Shown piece after piece: positions 22,263-35,035 of a stretch of 40,253 bases of DNA. This DNA comes from Nemertoderma westbladi. Its lineage: Eukaryota; Animalia; Xenacoelomorpha. The notes beneath the pieces were generated by a model that made no database searches, had not been told where the DNA came from, and saw only the letters and a program-made list of their open reading frames with translations. The position numbers were made by a program, and so were the translations under genes. The stretch is from NCBI GenBank assembly GCA_032718475.1, contig JAUCBJ010001960.1, positions 1 through 40,253 of the forward strand, in the 5' to 3' direction. The stretch's first letter is position 1. Each line of letters opens with the position of its first letter.

Positions 22263-25200
22263 ATGATCTGCGAGGCCGCGACGCGACGGTACAGACCCAC
22301 GATGCCGGACCCATCGATAACGGGCGATCCGGCAACCAAAGATGAGGGGGGCCGTCTACAACCAGAAGACGAGTCGAGAGGAGGGAGAGATGAGTTGGGA
22401 GAGGAGAGAGATGAGTCGACACACAGCGGCGGTCGACGTGCTGATGTCGCCGGCCAGCCACAGGCCGAGGGCGACGGACGGCCCACTGGAACGGCGACGG
22501 TGGGGCCGCCGATACGACGCCGGACCCGGAGGGATAAAGGAGATGTCGGCGACGAGGACGTCGGGGTCAGCGACCAGCTCCGACGAGCCTACGCCGCGAC
22601 CCAGAAGCAGTTGAGAGAGGCCAAAGGAGGGGCGAAGATAGACGAGGTGAAGTTGAGGAAACGATTAGGCGAGTCGAACAGACACTTTGATTACTTAATG
22701 CGTTTTGGACAGGGAGAACTAGCTGACGAGAGAGCGAGAGGGGTTGCCAGCGAACTGTTCGAACTATGGGAGTATAGGGGTATGGAACCTAGCGTAGTGT
22801 ATGTAGGGCCATACTTAGTCGATGCATGGGGAGTAAAATTGGTGGTTTGGAGGAGACCGCAGGAGAGCGAATCCGAGGTTAACCCCGAGGATTCGGTCTT
22901 GTCGGTAGGGGAAAATCCAGGGAGGCGGGGTAAAGTTAGTGGGACGGGAAGGCGACGGGAGTCCGTCGCGACCGATAAGTCTGCTACATCCTCCGCAAAA
23001 GAAAGAGAAAAAGTGCGGGAAATAGATCTGGCATGCTAGCTCAATCTGGCGGCGCTAGACCAGAGAGAACTAGAGAGACAGTTAGAGGAAGGGAGTGCGT
23101 TATTAGAGAAGGAGAAAGAACTGGTTAGAGTGAACAGAGAGAGGGCCGAGAAGGCCGCGAGAAGCTTTAAGGAGTGCGAGGAAATAGGGAGGATAGAAAG
23201 GAAGGAGCAAGAAGAGCGCGAGGCGAGAGAGCAGAATAGGCGTGAAGAGCGTGAGGCGAGAGACCAGAGCGAGCGAAAAGAGCGTGAGGCGAGAGAACAG
23301 AGCGAGCGAAAAGAGCGCGAGGTGAGACGACTGGAGAGAGTTGCGAGAGGTGGAATTAGCCGACCAGAGTGCGCGGGAGGATCGGGAAAGAGAGGCAAAG
23401 GGGAAGCATGTGCGGGATGATTTGCATGCCCGCCTAAAGGGGCTTATTCAATATCAAGCCAAACAGAAACGCAGACTGGAATTAGCGCAGATGGGATTGT
23501 CAGAGAGCGAGACTGGCTCGAGTATTTACGAGGAGCCAAGGGCTGTGGAAACGTTTATTGGTACCCCACTTACAGGGACCACACGACAGACCCAAGACTG
23601 GTGTGACCGTACGGGCGGGGGGGGGGGGGGGGGGGGGTAATAATACAGTAGATAACGTTAATATTAATAGTACCGTATTGGATAATTCTAACCAAACTTT
23701 CATTGCAGGAAATATTTTACCTAGTAGTAGTAATTTAAATTTACGAGTAATTACGAGTACGAATACGAGTAATTCGAATAATAATGCCAATTTAAATAAT
23801 CCGAATAATCCTAATTCAAATAATTAAAATATGAATCTGCAAAATAATTCAAATAATCTTATTTCGGACGAACAAAATAATTCCGTTTCTAATTTAGGCG
23901 TGCAAAATAATTTAATTGATTTGGAGGATTTAATTGATTTAACGGGCGATACTAGTAATGGTGCTATTAATATAAACGCGGCGGGCACAGACAGCCCGAC
24001 AAACGAGGGCCTGGTAGGCCACATAGTTGGTAGGCAGGAAATGACGGGGTTGAGTCAACCCGATGAGGGCCTGGTAGGCCACGTAGTCAGTAGGCAGGAG
24101 GTGGCGCGGTTAAGTCAATCCAATGAGGGCCTGGTAGGCCACGTAGTTAGTAGGCAGGAAGTAGAGGGCCTGGTAGGCCACACAGTAGCAGAGAGAGGGG
24201 CGGGGGTGAATAGACCCAGCCGCAGTAGGGTTAGTGTGTCGACTAGAGAGGGGTGTAGTAGTGAAGTGAGAGATAGTGAAGTAATAGGTGGCGAGCGAGG
24301 GGGGGCTGTAGGAGCCCCACAACGAGAGATTAGCGGCGAGCGGGGGGGGGGGGGGGGGGCAAAGAGTGTCGCACAAGTGTCAGCGGATAATGCGCGGGGC
24401 GAATTAGGTGAACCGCAGCACCCGGCGACGGAGAGTAATAGGGGGATTACGAGTATCCCCAGCGGCGTGCGATCGAGCAGAGAGAAGCAGATTGACGTCG
24501 CGAGAGGGCGAGCGACGAGGCGTCGAGCCCAATCAGAAGAGGGAAGAAGAACAGTGGAGTTTAACCGGGAGGTCGACGAGAGATCTCACGACCGGGGATA
24601 CTGCACTACAGAGAGAAGAAAGGAAGAGGGTAGAAGAAGTGTCGCCGCGAACGACAGAAGGGCGAGGACGGATAGCGAGCCGTCGGTAGTAGAGATGGAG
24701 ACGGAGAGTCAGTGGGGTCGAACTTCGGGAGATTGCCGTCGCCCCGGAGGAACGCGACCTGACGAGGCGTATTGAGCGCAGAGAGAGGGGTACAGGATGT
24801 ACTGGCACGAGGACGAGAGCAGTAGAGGGGGTCGAAGAGAAACTTCCCGACGGGATATACCTACCGATCGAGAATACGGTAGCCGCGGGGAGGATTATTC
24901 GAGAAGGATAAACTTTGATCCCGAGCGACACATACAGACTGCAGGACATACTATAGGCCTTACTGCACATACCATAGGCCATGCTGGGAGAGATAATGTA
25001 GGCGATAGGATAGCGCGAACGACGGGATTAAACCCGGAAGTCGCGGAGTACATACCAGCAGGTAGGCCAGAAGTGGATAGGCCTATACAGGTACCAGCAC
25101 AGAATGCAAGGACATAACATATACCCAGGGGAGGGGAGACTTATTGCGGATAGGTGTATGGGCCCCAATATATTAACATCAACCCCAGTACCAAACATAC

Positions 25201-25785
25201 CGGTGGGGGGGGGGGGGGGACAGGGTGACATTCCCCCATCACAATATCAACAATATACCCCAATAGGAGTAACAACATCGAACCCCTTGGATGAGAATAG
25301 ATCGTGCGACACAGAAATATGGACCCCCTATATATATATATATAATACCCCCTATGATATATCCAAGTCAGAGGAAAGCGACAGACAGGACGAACGGACC
25401 ACACCCAACGGGAGAACCTATACAGCATCCATCGAACCCATTGGAAGCGCAAGCGATGGGGATGGCCACGTTAATCGATGCATTAAAGACAGGGATTGAG
25501 TTACCACCCGTGGAACCATTCAAATTCGATGGAAGTAGGCCGGAAGAATACCTACAGTTTCGGCGTATGTATAGTAATGAAATATTAACAAAGAATTTGA
25601 CGCAGGCGGAGTGCCTAAAGTATCTACAAGTGTATACAGGAGGCCCAGCATACGACATCGTGAGGCAATACCAGAGCATTGAGGGCGGCTTCACGACGGC
25701 ATGGTGGGCGTTAGACAGGGAATACGGGCACCCGGCCAAGATCATCCAGCAGACCCTGAGAGGTATAACATCGGGTGGCCTATAG
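22263..25785 (+). pseudogene. gag: Gag of element 2 (frameshifted), including the BEL gag core
   Basis: Colinear with element 1 gag. ORF 25291 has PFKFDG...YLQF...LKYLQVYTGGPAYDIV...AWWALDREYGHP, typical of BEL/Pao gag (DUF1759-like), and is in frame with ORF 25831 across one TAG. Confidence 0.85.
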
Positions 25786-25830
25786 GATAACCCCGTTAGC
25801 ATAAAGACATTCGCTAACAAAGTCGAGAAG

Positions 25831-27770
25831 GTGCTAATCGTACTAAAGACGCTGGACGCGCCATACGAACTCAACGCGTCTAACAACATCGCTACGATAG
25901 CGCAGGCACTACCGATTTGGCTGCGCAATAAGTGGAGAAAAATCGCTTTCACCACTCGAGATAGGAAGGGTGAGGAACCGGGTTTAGAAGAGATGTCGAG
26001 CTTCTTAAACTATGAAGCTGAACTTATAACGGACCCAGTCTATAGCGAGGATAGCCTGGGAAAGGGACCAAAGACCGATTACCACAGGCCGAAACCAGAG
26101 CACAACGCGTCAAACGCATTGCCAAAGCTCAGACAGTCACTGCCGTATGCAGCAACGCAGGGGACTACCAGTCCACAAGTAGCCGCGGGTAAGACCACAT
26201 CATGGAGCGGACAGGGGAAAAATAACAACACAAATAAACATAACCCCAGCACGCCCAGTAGGCCAAACCCAAACAATAAGAATAGTAGGGACTTTGGTAC
26301 AAATATAAGTGCGGTATGCAACGTACTTTATAAGGATGGCTACACCCCAAAGAGCAAATGCCAACTACATACAAATGCACTTCATCAGACCATGAACTGC
26401 AGGTATTGGCAAGCGCTACCCAGGGAAGATCAGGTAGAATACGCGAGAAGAAATGAAATCTGCTCGCGATGTGTGATGAGTGGACATAGAGCTAACCAAT
26501 GCAAAGAAACGCCAATTAAGTTCAGTCAGAGTAAAGGACAGACAATGACAACGAGCACCGTAGTGGCAAGGAAGAGAGGAACGGTACTATTAGGAGTAGT
26601 ACCAGTAAGGATAATCGGGGAAGGCAATCGATCAGTAACCACACTGATGCTGGTCGACAGTGGTGCAGCCTTCACCTTAGTTGAGGATTGGGTGGCCGAA
26701 GAGATAGGATTGAGAACGAGGCCAAGTAGAATGGCGGTAACAACCATCTCCAGCAAAGATGAGGTTCTGGAGATGAGGACCGGACGGTGCGCGATAGCAG
26801 CGATAGCACCGGGATGCGACTATGGGGCGACCATCGACCCCATCCAGGTGATAGAGTCGATAAATATCAACGCCAGGCGGCCAACCAACATCGAAGTCGA
26901 ACAATACAGATTCCTGGACAGTATCGATTTCTCAATCCCAGAGGTGGATGTTAGGAAGGTATCCATCATAGTAGGAATGGACTGCCCGACGGCCCACGAG
27001 AGAATGCAAACAGTCTTCGGCGAAGACAGGCAGTGTGACCCGGTGGTGATATTAACACCATTCGGATGGACGCTGAGCGGCCCAATCAGGAGTAAGATAC
27101 CATTTAGGATGTCGGAGAGATCAGGATGCATGTTCGCGGGAACTATGCGAGAAATGGGAGATGAGGGAGCGGAGGAGCAGCTCAGGAGACTGCTCAGGCA
27201 GGATTTTGAGGGATTAAAGGAGACCGGGGTCGGAACCTCGGTGGAAGTTAAACAGGCTCTACAGAGTGTAAGGGAGTCGATGAAATGCGACGAGGGGTGG
27301 TATACCATAGGAATGGTATGGAAGCTACCGAAGCTACCGTTACCCGACAATAAAGGGATGGTACTCATGAGGCTTCGTAAGTTGAAGCAGACGCTAAAAC
27401 GGAGCCCCGAGAAGAATGAGTACATTCACAAAACAATCAGAAAGTATGTCGAGAAAGGATGGGCCGTGGAGTTACCGGTCAATGAACCAAGCACGGACAG
27501 GACCTATTACCTGCCACTCCACGTGGCTCTAGACCCGAAGAAAGGTAAACTCCGGATGGTAGTTGACGCATCGGCCAAGACCAACGGAAAATGCCTAAAC
27601 GATTATCTGCTGGAGGGTCCCAACATCTACAACTCAGGGATCGACGTCCTACTCAGATTCAGGAATGGTAAACACGCTTTCACCTGCGACATCGAAGGCA
27701 TGTTCAACCAAGTCCGTGTAACAAAATGGATAGTGACAGCCAGCGCTTCCTATGGTATGACGGCGATGAG
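25831..27770 (+). pseudogene. pol: Gag C-terminus, aspartic protease and N-terminal RT of element 2
   Basis: Knuckles CQLH...H....C and CSRCVMSGHRANQC; protease LVDSGA; TPFGWTLSG; YYLPLH, KLRMVVDASAK, LNDYLLEGP, CDIEGMFNQV. Homology to element 1 stops at ~27770. Confidence 0.93.
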
Positions 27771-28308
27771 GATCAGGATTAGGATTAGGCGATTAGGATT
27801 GCATCGTAAATTTAATGCGCAAAATGTGAGGAAGAAAAATATTATACTAGGTTAAATAATTAAATTATTACGCGCCAGATATGAGCAGTATAAACGATGG
27901 ACCAATATTGCAAAGGTACTGTATTAGTATTAGTATTTGTAAGCATATGAACGTGATTTATATCCAAGTATCTAGTGTGTAATTAGATAAATAAAAGTTG
28001 TAGCACATGTAGTGCGGAAATTTTAACTTAGTACGCAATATGACGTATGTAACAAAGCAAAAACAAAATATAAAGAGAAAAATGTCAATACAGTAGTAAA
28101 AGTTGTTACTGTATGTAATAACACCGTAATGTTAAACCTGTCCGAACCATTGTTTAGAGGGTCGGGTGGTAAACGTTAAGAGGGGGGTTATGTTTGTGGA
28201 TTAGTAATGCTTCCGCAGCTAAAACGCCAAACATTTATACTGCTGTGGAATATCCAATTTCCGTGTCTGCATTTACCGCCAGTTCAATAAAACCATACAA
28301 CTTTTAGC
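27771..28308. other. Foreign AT-rich segment replacing the centre of element 2
   Basis: No similarity to element 1 seen. It begins with AGGAT(C/T) repeats, has AATAAA near its end, and joins RT directly to the ORF3 tail. Confidence 0.7.
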
Positions 28309-28696
28309 CTACCAGGAAGTGGCGACGGCGGCATTGTATGCCGGAGTGATAAATACGCAGAGGTTTTTGGACAGGTGGACGCCACAGAACAGAGGAGAGT
28401 TCAGGGATTTCTTGGCGGAGCATGTGCCGCGGGTGATGAAAGTGATCCTATGGGACGCCACCAGGGGGAGACAACAGGGCCACTCGGAGGGGCCACCCGC
28501 GAAGCGATACTGGGAGCTAATAACACCAGCGCCCAAGGAGTCGACGACCGGGATTAGTAAAGAGGTGACAGCGAGGGTCAGGAGCCTGAAATCAGACAAG
28601 ACCAAAGGAGCGGCAGTGACCAGGAAACGACCCAGGGAGGAGGACGATAGAGGGAAAGAGTTGAGGTGGTTCCCAAAGGCAGGTGGAACGATCTAA
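28309..28696 (+). pseudogene. C-terminal remnant of ORF3 in element 2
   Basis: Clear homology to 17457-17840 (LDRWTPQNRGEFRDFLAEHVPR...ELRWFPK). Confidence 0.9.
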
Positions 28697-29389
28697 GACA
28701 TCCGTGTGATATGCCTGGAAGGCACCACGCGAGACGTGCGAACTCCTAAGTACGAATTCAAGTAATTTAAATAATGGAAAAGTGCAATTAGTATGTACGT
28801 ACGTAGTAATCATTATTAGTTTAGCAAGTAAATACAATCAAAGTAAGTACTATAGTCATACAACCTTTTTCTCAATTAGCTACTGGGACTGGGGACCAAT
28901 AGACTATAATACTATCACGGACGAGACACTGGACGACATGACACTTCTTGAGTGCGACGGCACAGGAGGGGGGTGAAACTCGTCGGGAGTGAGTGGGTGA
29001 GATAGGGATTGAGTTGTAGTGCGGAGAGAGTGCGAGTGCAATTCAAGTGTGGGGGGGAGGAATAAGAGGCTGAGTGAGGGATAGGGAAGTCCGAGAGTTA
29101 GAGCGGAAGTGAGGAGAAGTAGAGGAGAGTCAGGGTGAGAACAGAGTGGAGTTGGAGTGGCGAAAGTGTTGGGGAAACAAAAGTCGTGTGAGAGGAGCGC
29201 ACGATCGGCCCGACACGGGACGCCAGGTAAACAGGGTAGCGATATCATACCCATAGGGGGCGGTCTGGAAAGCCGGCTCCGAGGAAAACAGTTCCACCCC
29301 ACACTCGATGCTAGGTCGAGATCCAGCGGAATTGTAGCGCACTAGAGGTGGATGCTATCTTCTCACCAGGAAGATAGCATGGGGGGGAG

Positions 29390-29957
29390 TGTTAGCGTAT
29401 TCAATTCCGCTAACCAGGCCCACACAAAGTTGGTTTTAAGCAATATTGGGAGCACGAGGTTGATTACCAATCGACCTTGTGTCACCCCAATAAGCGGGGA
29501 CAACAGGCCCCAAGGGAACACACACAGCGGGGGTCAGAGGTTACACCTCCGGGAGGGAGAGAGAGACGGCAGCGGGGGGGAAGCACTCCCAGGGAGATGG
29601 GAGGGTGAGAAGTGAGTTATTAGCCAATGGGGGGAAGGCATCGGCTGAGTAGTGTAATGCGGCCAACCGGTGCAATATAATACCAGTAACCGTGTTATTC
29701 ATTCACTCATTAGCTAGTCAGTTCAGTTAGGGTAGGACAGCAACTTTATTACCGTTCAGCCGTTTATTCATTCACATTGTCAGTATACTGCAATTACCAA
29801 CTGCATTCACTATAACTGTGCTTATACTTTATACCATTTATATTATATACATATCGAACGATTAACAACAGGAACTCTAATAAACTCTTTTCACACGGCG
29901 GGATGCGTAAATAAATCTAACCAGATAAACCGGGATCCTCTGTCTGATCCCGTCACA
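29390..29957 (+). repeat. 3' LTR of element 2
   Basis: TGTTAG...TCACA, preceded by the PPT and followed by the TSD. Confidence 0.95.
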
Positions 29958-30329
29958 GAGGAATTTTTGAATTTCGTTTTCAAAATGATTTTATTGCACT
30001 TTTTGTGACACGAAGTCATCAAATTTTCATTTTTATAGACTAAGCTTTAATCTAACTTTTCTCGAAAACTAGAGCGAAATTCAAAAATCCATCTAAGGGT
30101 TCTGTTCAGGAGAGACAGGGTTTTCAAACAAAAAAAAATTAGCCAAATCGGATAAAGATTGAAGGAGGAGATACATTTTTAGTGACTAAAAGTGTCCAAA
30201 AAATGAAATAGGAGTAAATGACAAAAACAAAATGTCCTTTTTTTAACCTTACCGCGAAAACTGTCTGTGAATTTCAAAGAATGTCAGTTTAATAATGTCC
30301 GTCAGTTAGAATGATAAACTAACAAGAAA

Positions 30330-30835
30330 TTTCGATATGGGGTTTTCGGGGTCGGAGATTTCATTTTTTATGTTAATTTTTATGTTTGGTAGAATCTAGA
30401 CTGTCTGTCTGTCGGTCTGTATGTCTGTCTGTTTGTCCATCAGTTGTCCGTCTAATTTTAATAAATCACACCAGCTAGCTAAAATTTCCATTATGGGGGT
30501 TTTCGGGGTCGGGCATTTCATTTCCAATATCAATTTTTATGTTTGATAGAGTCTAGGCTGTCTGTCTGTCGGTCTGTCTGTCTGTCTGCTAGTTGTCTGT
30601 CCAATTTGAATAAGATACCTAAAATTTCCATTGTGGGGGTTTTCTGGGTCGGGCATTCCATTTCCGATGTCAATTTTTATGTTTGGTAGAATCTAGGCTG
30701 TCTGTCTGTCGGTCTGTATGTCTGTCTGCTAGTTGTCCATCCAATTATAATAAATCACACTGCCTAGCTAAAATTTCCATTATTGTGCTCTACCAGGATG
30801 GAGAATTCATTTCGGATGTCACTTTTTTGTGTTTG
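30330..30835. repeat. ~140-160 bp tandem units containing (GTCT)n, probably part of a non-autonomous element
   Basis: Three full copies and one partial copy of TGGGGTTTTCGGGGTCGG...TTTTATGTTTGGTAGAATCTAG.CTGTCTGTCTGTC. Confidence 0.75.
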
Positions 30836-31866
30836 ACGTTTACAGAAGATGGTGGTTTATATGCAGGTGCTCATGGTGGATTGTGATGAAAATTTGTCAG
30901 AGGGAGCCAAAACTGGTTTATATGGCTTCCAGCAAACATGAAAAAGCCAACATTATGTAACCTGGTTTATATGGCTTCCAGTAAACATCAAAAAAGCCAA
31001 TCCCTCTGCCCTTCCTGCAACACGTTGACGTCGTGGCAGAGCTTAAAACTGAATTTGGATACTTCAGTTGAACTAAGGCTGCAGGAAATATCATTTGATG
31101 GAATCAGCTAAATCAAATATGTCATACATATAGAACGAAAAGTGCAATTAGTGTAAAAAAAACAGCCAAGACTTGGTCAGATTTTTTAATAAGTGCCACC
31201 ATCGAATTCAGCGACCTGACACGAGACGACCTGGTACGAAAAGTGCAAGCAGTGAAAAAAGCCAAATATCTCGAAAACGAAAAGTGATATTGCGAAACCG
31301 CGTCTAGATTTGAAATCTACATAAAATTTCGGTCTTAATGAAAAAATAAAAAAAAAATGATTTTTTTTCACCAAAACTGAAATAGAGGATTACTTTGATG
31401 TGAAGAGACAAATACAAAAGACAAAAATACAAGTAGGATAACATTTCAAAAGGCAAAAATCGAATTTGGATGGATAATACGATATTTTTGATTGTCATAT
31501 TCGTGATCAGCGTCCCAGAAAACCCATAATGGCATAAAATCAGGTTGATTCTGTAATGATTTTTGATTATCAAATTTGTGCTACTTGTATTTTTCGTGCC
31601 ACACATTGACATTGACACATATCCCAAAAAGCCGTAATCAACAAGGTAGGATATTTTTCATTCTCATATCGTGATCAGCATCTCAAAAAAACCATATTAT
31701 AAATAAAATAAATTTGATTTCGTGGTGATATTTCATTATATTTCCACTACTTGTTTTTTTCGTGCTCCAGGGGGCACAAATAACTGACTAATAACTAATA
31801 TAACAAGATTTCTATGTTGTTATATTACAAAACTCTTCGATATGGTTGATGTAGGTAGAGGAATAG

Positions 31867-32145
31867 ACCTTCCCAATGAAATCAGCACATTCTAAAACCT
31901 CAGTAGCCAAACTGTATGGTCAATTTACCATTTTTGAAAAAAGTGCTACTTGCACTTTTGGTGCTCTTTTAGTATCTATTGATAAAAAAATGAAAATTTT
32001 GCTTCTAATCTCTCTTTCGATTACTAATAATGAATTCATCAAAACAAAAAAGCATTGTATGGTTTCATGGTTATACCCAAGTCTTTGAAGGGTGATGTAT
32101 CAATTCCGAAAGGTGTTGATATGGGATGGGTGTCAGGAACTCATA
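31867..32145 (+). repeat. Dispersed repeat, copy 1
   Basis: Similar to 34721-35035 (shared CACATTCTAAAACCTCAGTAGCCAAACT and TACTTGCACTTTTGGTGCTCTTTTAGTA). Confidence 0.85.
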
Positions 32146-32350
32146 TCTCGAAAACTACTGGAGCTATTCAATCTTTATTTGCCTCGTCTGAAAGAGGACA
32201 TGATTCTAGTTAGGGCCAAGTACTTTCGACGCGACTGACATATTGTTTCAGGGGTTCTATCTAAGAGAAAAAACTGTCCCACTAAATTTAGGGGCTTTGC
32301 AGCAGCTTGGCGGGTCGTATCTATAGTAGGTCATGGTGACACTAATAAAC

Positions 32351-32500
32351 AATACCAATACCAATACCAATACCAATACCAATACCAATACCAATACCAA
32401 TACCAATACCAATACCAATACCAATACCAATACCAATACCAATACCAATACCAATACCAATACCAATACCAATACCAATACCAATACCAATACCAATACC
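32351..32500. repeat. (AATACC)25 perfect microsatellite
   Basis: Read directly from the sequence. Confidence 0.98.
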
Positions 32501-32529
32501 TACTCCCATTCAAAATTAATATTGTCACA

Positions 32530-32690
32530 GTGGGGATAAGTTACCAGGGGCGATAAAGCCCCAGGGGCGATAAAGACCCGGGGGGAATTTGTTCCCAAGG
32601 GGCGATAAAGGACCATTTGAGGGGCGATAAATTCCCAGGGGACGATAAGGGCCAGGGGCGATAAAGGTGCAAGGGGCGATAAGGCCCTAC
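32530..32690. repeat. Cluster of about 8 GGGGCGATAA motifs with short variable spacers
   Basis: Read directly. The pattern resembles subterminal repeats of DNA transposons. Confidence 0.8.
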
Positions 32691-34720
32691 TATAACAGTA
32701 TGATAATACTCTCCATAGCGAAAAATATCAACAGACTCTATTAAACCTAGGTTTCAAACTTCCGGTTATCATCTGCCGGGTGTGTGTGTCTATGACAACT
32801 TAGGTACCACGGTGGATGAAGAATTTTTTCGCTATGAAGTGGGCTCATATTTTGGCCTTTTTCCTAATCACTTTCTATTAAGCAGTAGTAATGAAAGCTT
32901 GAAAAGTAGATAATTATATTATATTTTATTGTAATATCTAACAATTTGAAAGTAATGAATATTGTTTCCTTCAATATAATATAATTAACTTGGTCTAAAT
33001 GATTTAATAATAATCTTTTCCATCACCATCACCATATCTTATAATACTTTGGCACTATACAAGGTTAACTCAGGACAAACATATGGCATTAACAGCTATA
33101 TTACTCCTATGTATTATATCCTATGATACAGGCTAATAAAGTTCACTTTCAACAATAATAATGATTACACAAGAGTTAATTAGAACGTTACATTACTCCC
33201 TCTAATCTTAGGCGGAGACCTATGATTTATTGACGTAAATGAGTTATGTTTTATATTATGTATAGTAATGTATGCTAGGAATTATTAAGAATGTAACTGT
33301 GATTTATTCTTTTATATGTAACTTTCTCTTAATTAGTTAAATTTTTTTATATTTATCCAATTACAATTGATGTTTTTCTTTTCCTTAAATTGTCTACATT
33401 CTTATAAAAAATATCCAAAATTGTCTTTTTTTTTAAATAAATTGGTGTGTACCAAACGCAATACTAAAGTGAGTCACTTTTTCGTTTGGTACACACCTAC
33501 AGTATATCTACGAAATTCATTCATTCATTCATTTTTTTTTATTAAAAATTTTTGCCAAAAAATTGAAATAGGTGGGTACCGAACACAATAATTCCCACAT
33601 TTTTGTTTAATAATAGCTAACTTGGAAAATCACTAGCTAGCCTTATAATTTGTATTTTTTAAAAAAAATGTTAAATTTTTATAGATAAATAAACTATTTA
33701 TTACACATAATTAGGCCCCTACTAATTTTTAAGAAATTTTTTTATTTGATTTTTTTTTAAATAATAGCTAATTTGGAAAATCACTAGCTAGCCTGATAAT
33801 ATGTATTTTTTAATGTTTATAGATAAATAAGCAATTTATTGCACATAATAATAAATTTTTTTTTTTTATATATATAAAAATGTTCTAGAACAAAAAATAT
33901 TTGTTCTAGAACATAATTTTTTTTACCTAACAATAGCTAACATGAAATAGAATAGTTCGAAAAAAAAGTAGCAACAACTAGTTGTAGTAAAAAAATATGG
34001 TCATGGGTACACATACTGTAGTAGTGCCCAATATTGGCTGGTCACAAGCCAGAAAGACTCGAGTGCCTAAATCGCTAAGCTGCAAGCCATCTTAGAGGAC
34101 AATTATAATTATAATTAATTATAGTATGGCTAGTTATATATTGGCTTCTGACACACAGACACATTGACACAAACACAAACACACAGACTTTTAGAAAACG
34201 GTATTGCATTGCCTACTGCAACAGCACATGAATGTCGCGCTATCATGAAGTGGCAGAACAAATCGCCTTCCTCAACACAGACATCAGTGAAGGAAGGCTT
34301 GGGATCGTCAGTGAAGTGGTTGTGTTTGTGGTGAGAGCTGCCATTTCGAGATCGTTCGTCAGCTACAGAGCGACAAAAAAAGATCCTGCAAGAAGCCCAG
34401 AATCTGACATTTTTCTTCAAGGGTTGGCGCACATGGATATAGGAACAATATAATCTAGTTTGTTTATTCACGAATATTATCTGGATTATTATAGAGACTG
34501 CATTACAATAATTAACGGCAGTTTGGAATGGATTATATTAAAATGTTGGGACGACTTTCCATTATTATTACAAGGACTATTAATTCATTCAAAGCAATGG
34601 TAAATTAATTAAAATAATCCCGTACATAGTAATATTCATTGGTATATGCAGCTAGACTTACTATAATGGTTATAATGATTTAACTTATTATTTCAGTATT
34701 AAACTCTTGTAGAGGAATAA

Positions 34721-35035
34721 ACCTTCCCAATAAAATCGGCACATTCTAAAACCTCAGTAGCCAAACTTTATGGCCAATTTACAACTTTTGAAAAAAGTGA
34801 TACTTACTTGCACTTTTGGTGCTCTTTTAGTACCGGTATCTATTTATAAAATAATGAAAATGAAAATGTTGCTTCTAATCTTGCTTTTGTTTACTAATAA
34901 TGAATTCAACAAACTAAAAAGGCACAGTATTGTTTAATGGTTGTACCGGTACCAAAGTCTTTAAAGGGTGATGTATTTTATGTAATTTTATAAATCCAAA
35001 AGGTGTTGTGTTGATATGGTATGGGTGCCAAGAAC
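34721..35035 (+). repeat. Dispersed repeat, copy 2
   Basis: Similar to 31867-32145. Confidence 0.85.

Larger units (their letters stand above)
21559..29957 (+). mobile_element. BEL/Pao LTR retrotransposon, element 2 (RNase H, integrase and most of ORF3 missing)
   Basis: 568-bp LTRs, 5-bp TSD GAGGA (21554-21558 and 29958-29962), gag-PR-RT motifs and a PPT at 29381-29389. Confidence 0.95.

Noticed and set aside
32257-32539. Poly-VL, poly-WY and poly-NT ORFs
   Set aside because: They are translations of (AATACC)25.
32530-32690. GGGGCGATAA repeats with variable spacers as a CRISPR-like array
   Set aside because: Repeat and spacers are far too short. They are better explained as transposon subterminal motifs.
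34130-34471. Possible host exon (ORFs on both strands, acceptor-like minus-strand sequence near 34365)
   Set aside because: No recognisable domain or partner exons. It would need RNA-seq support.
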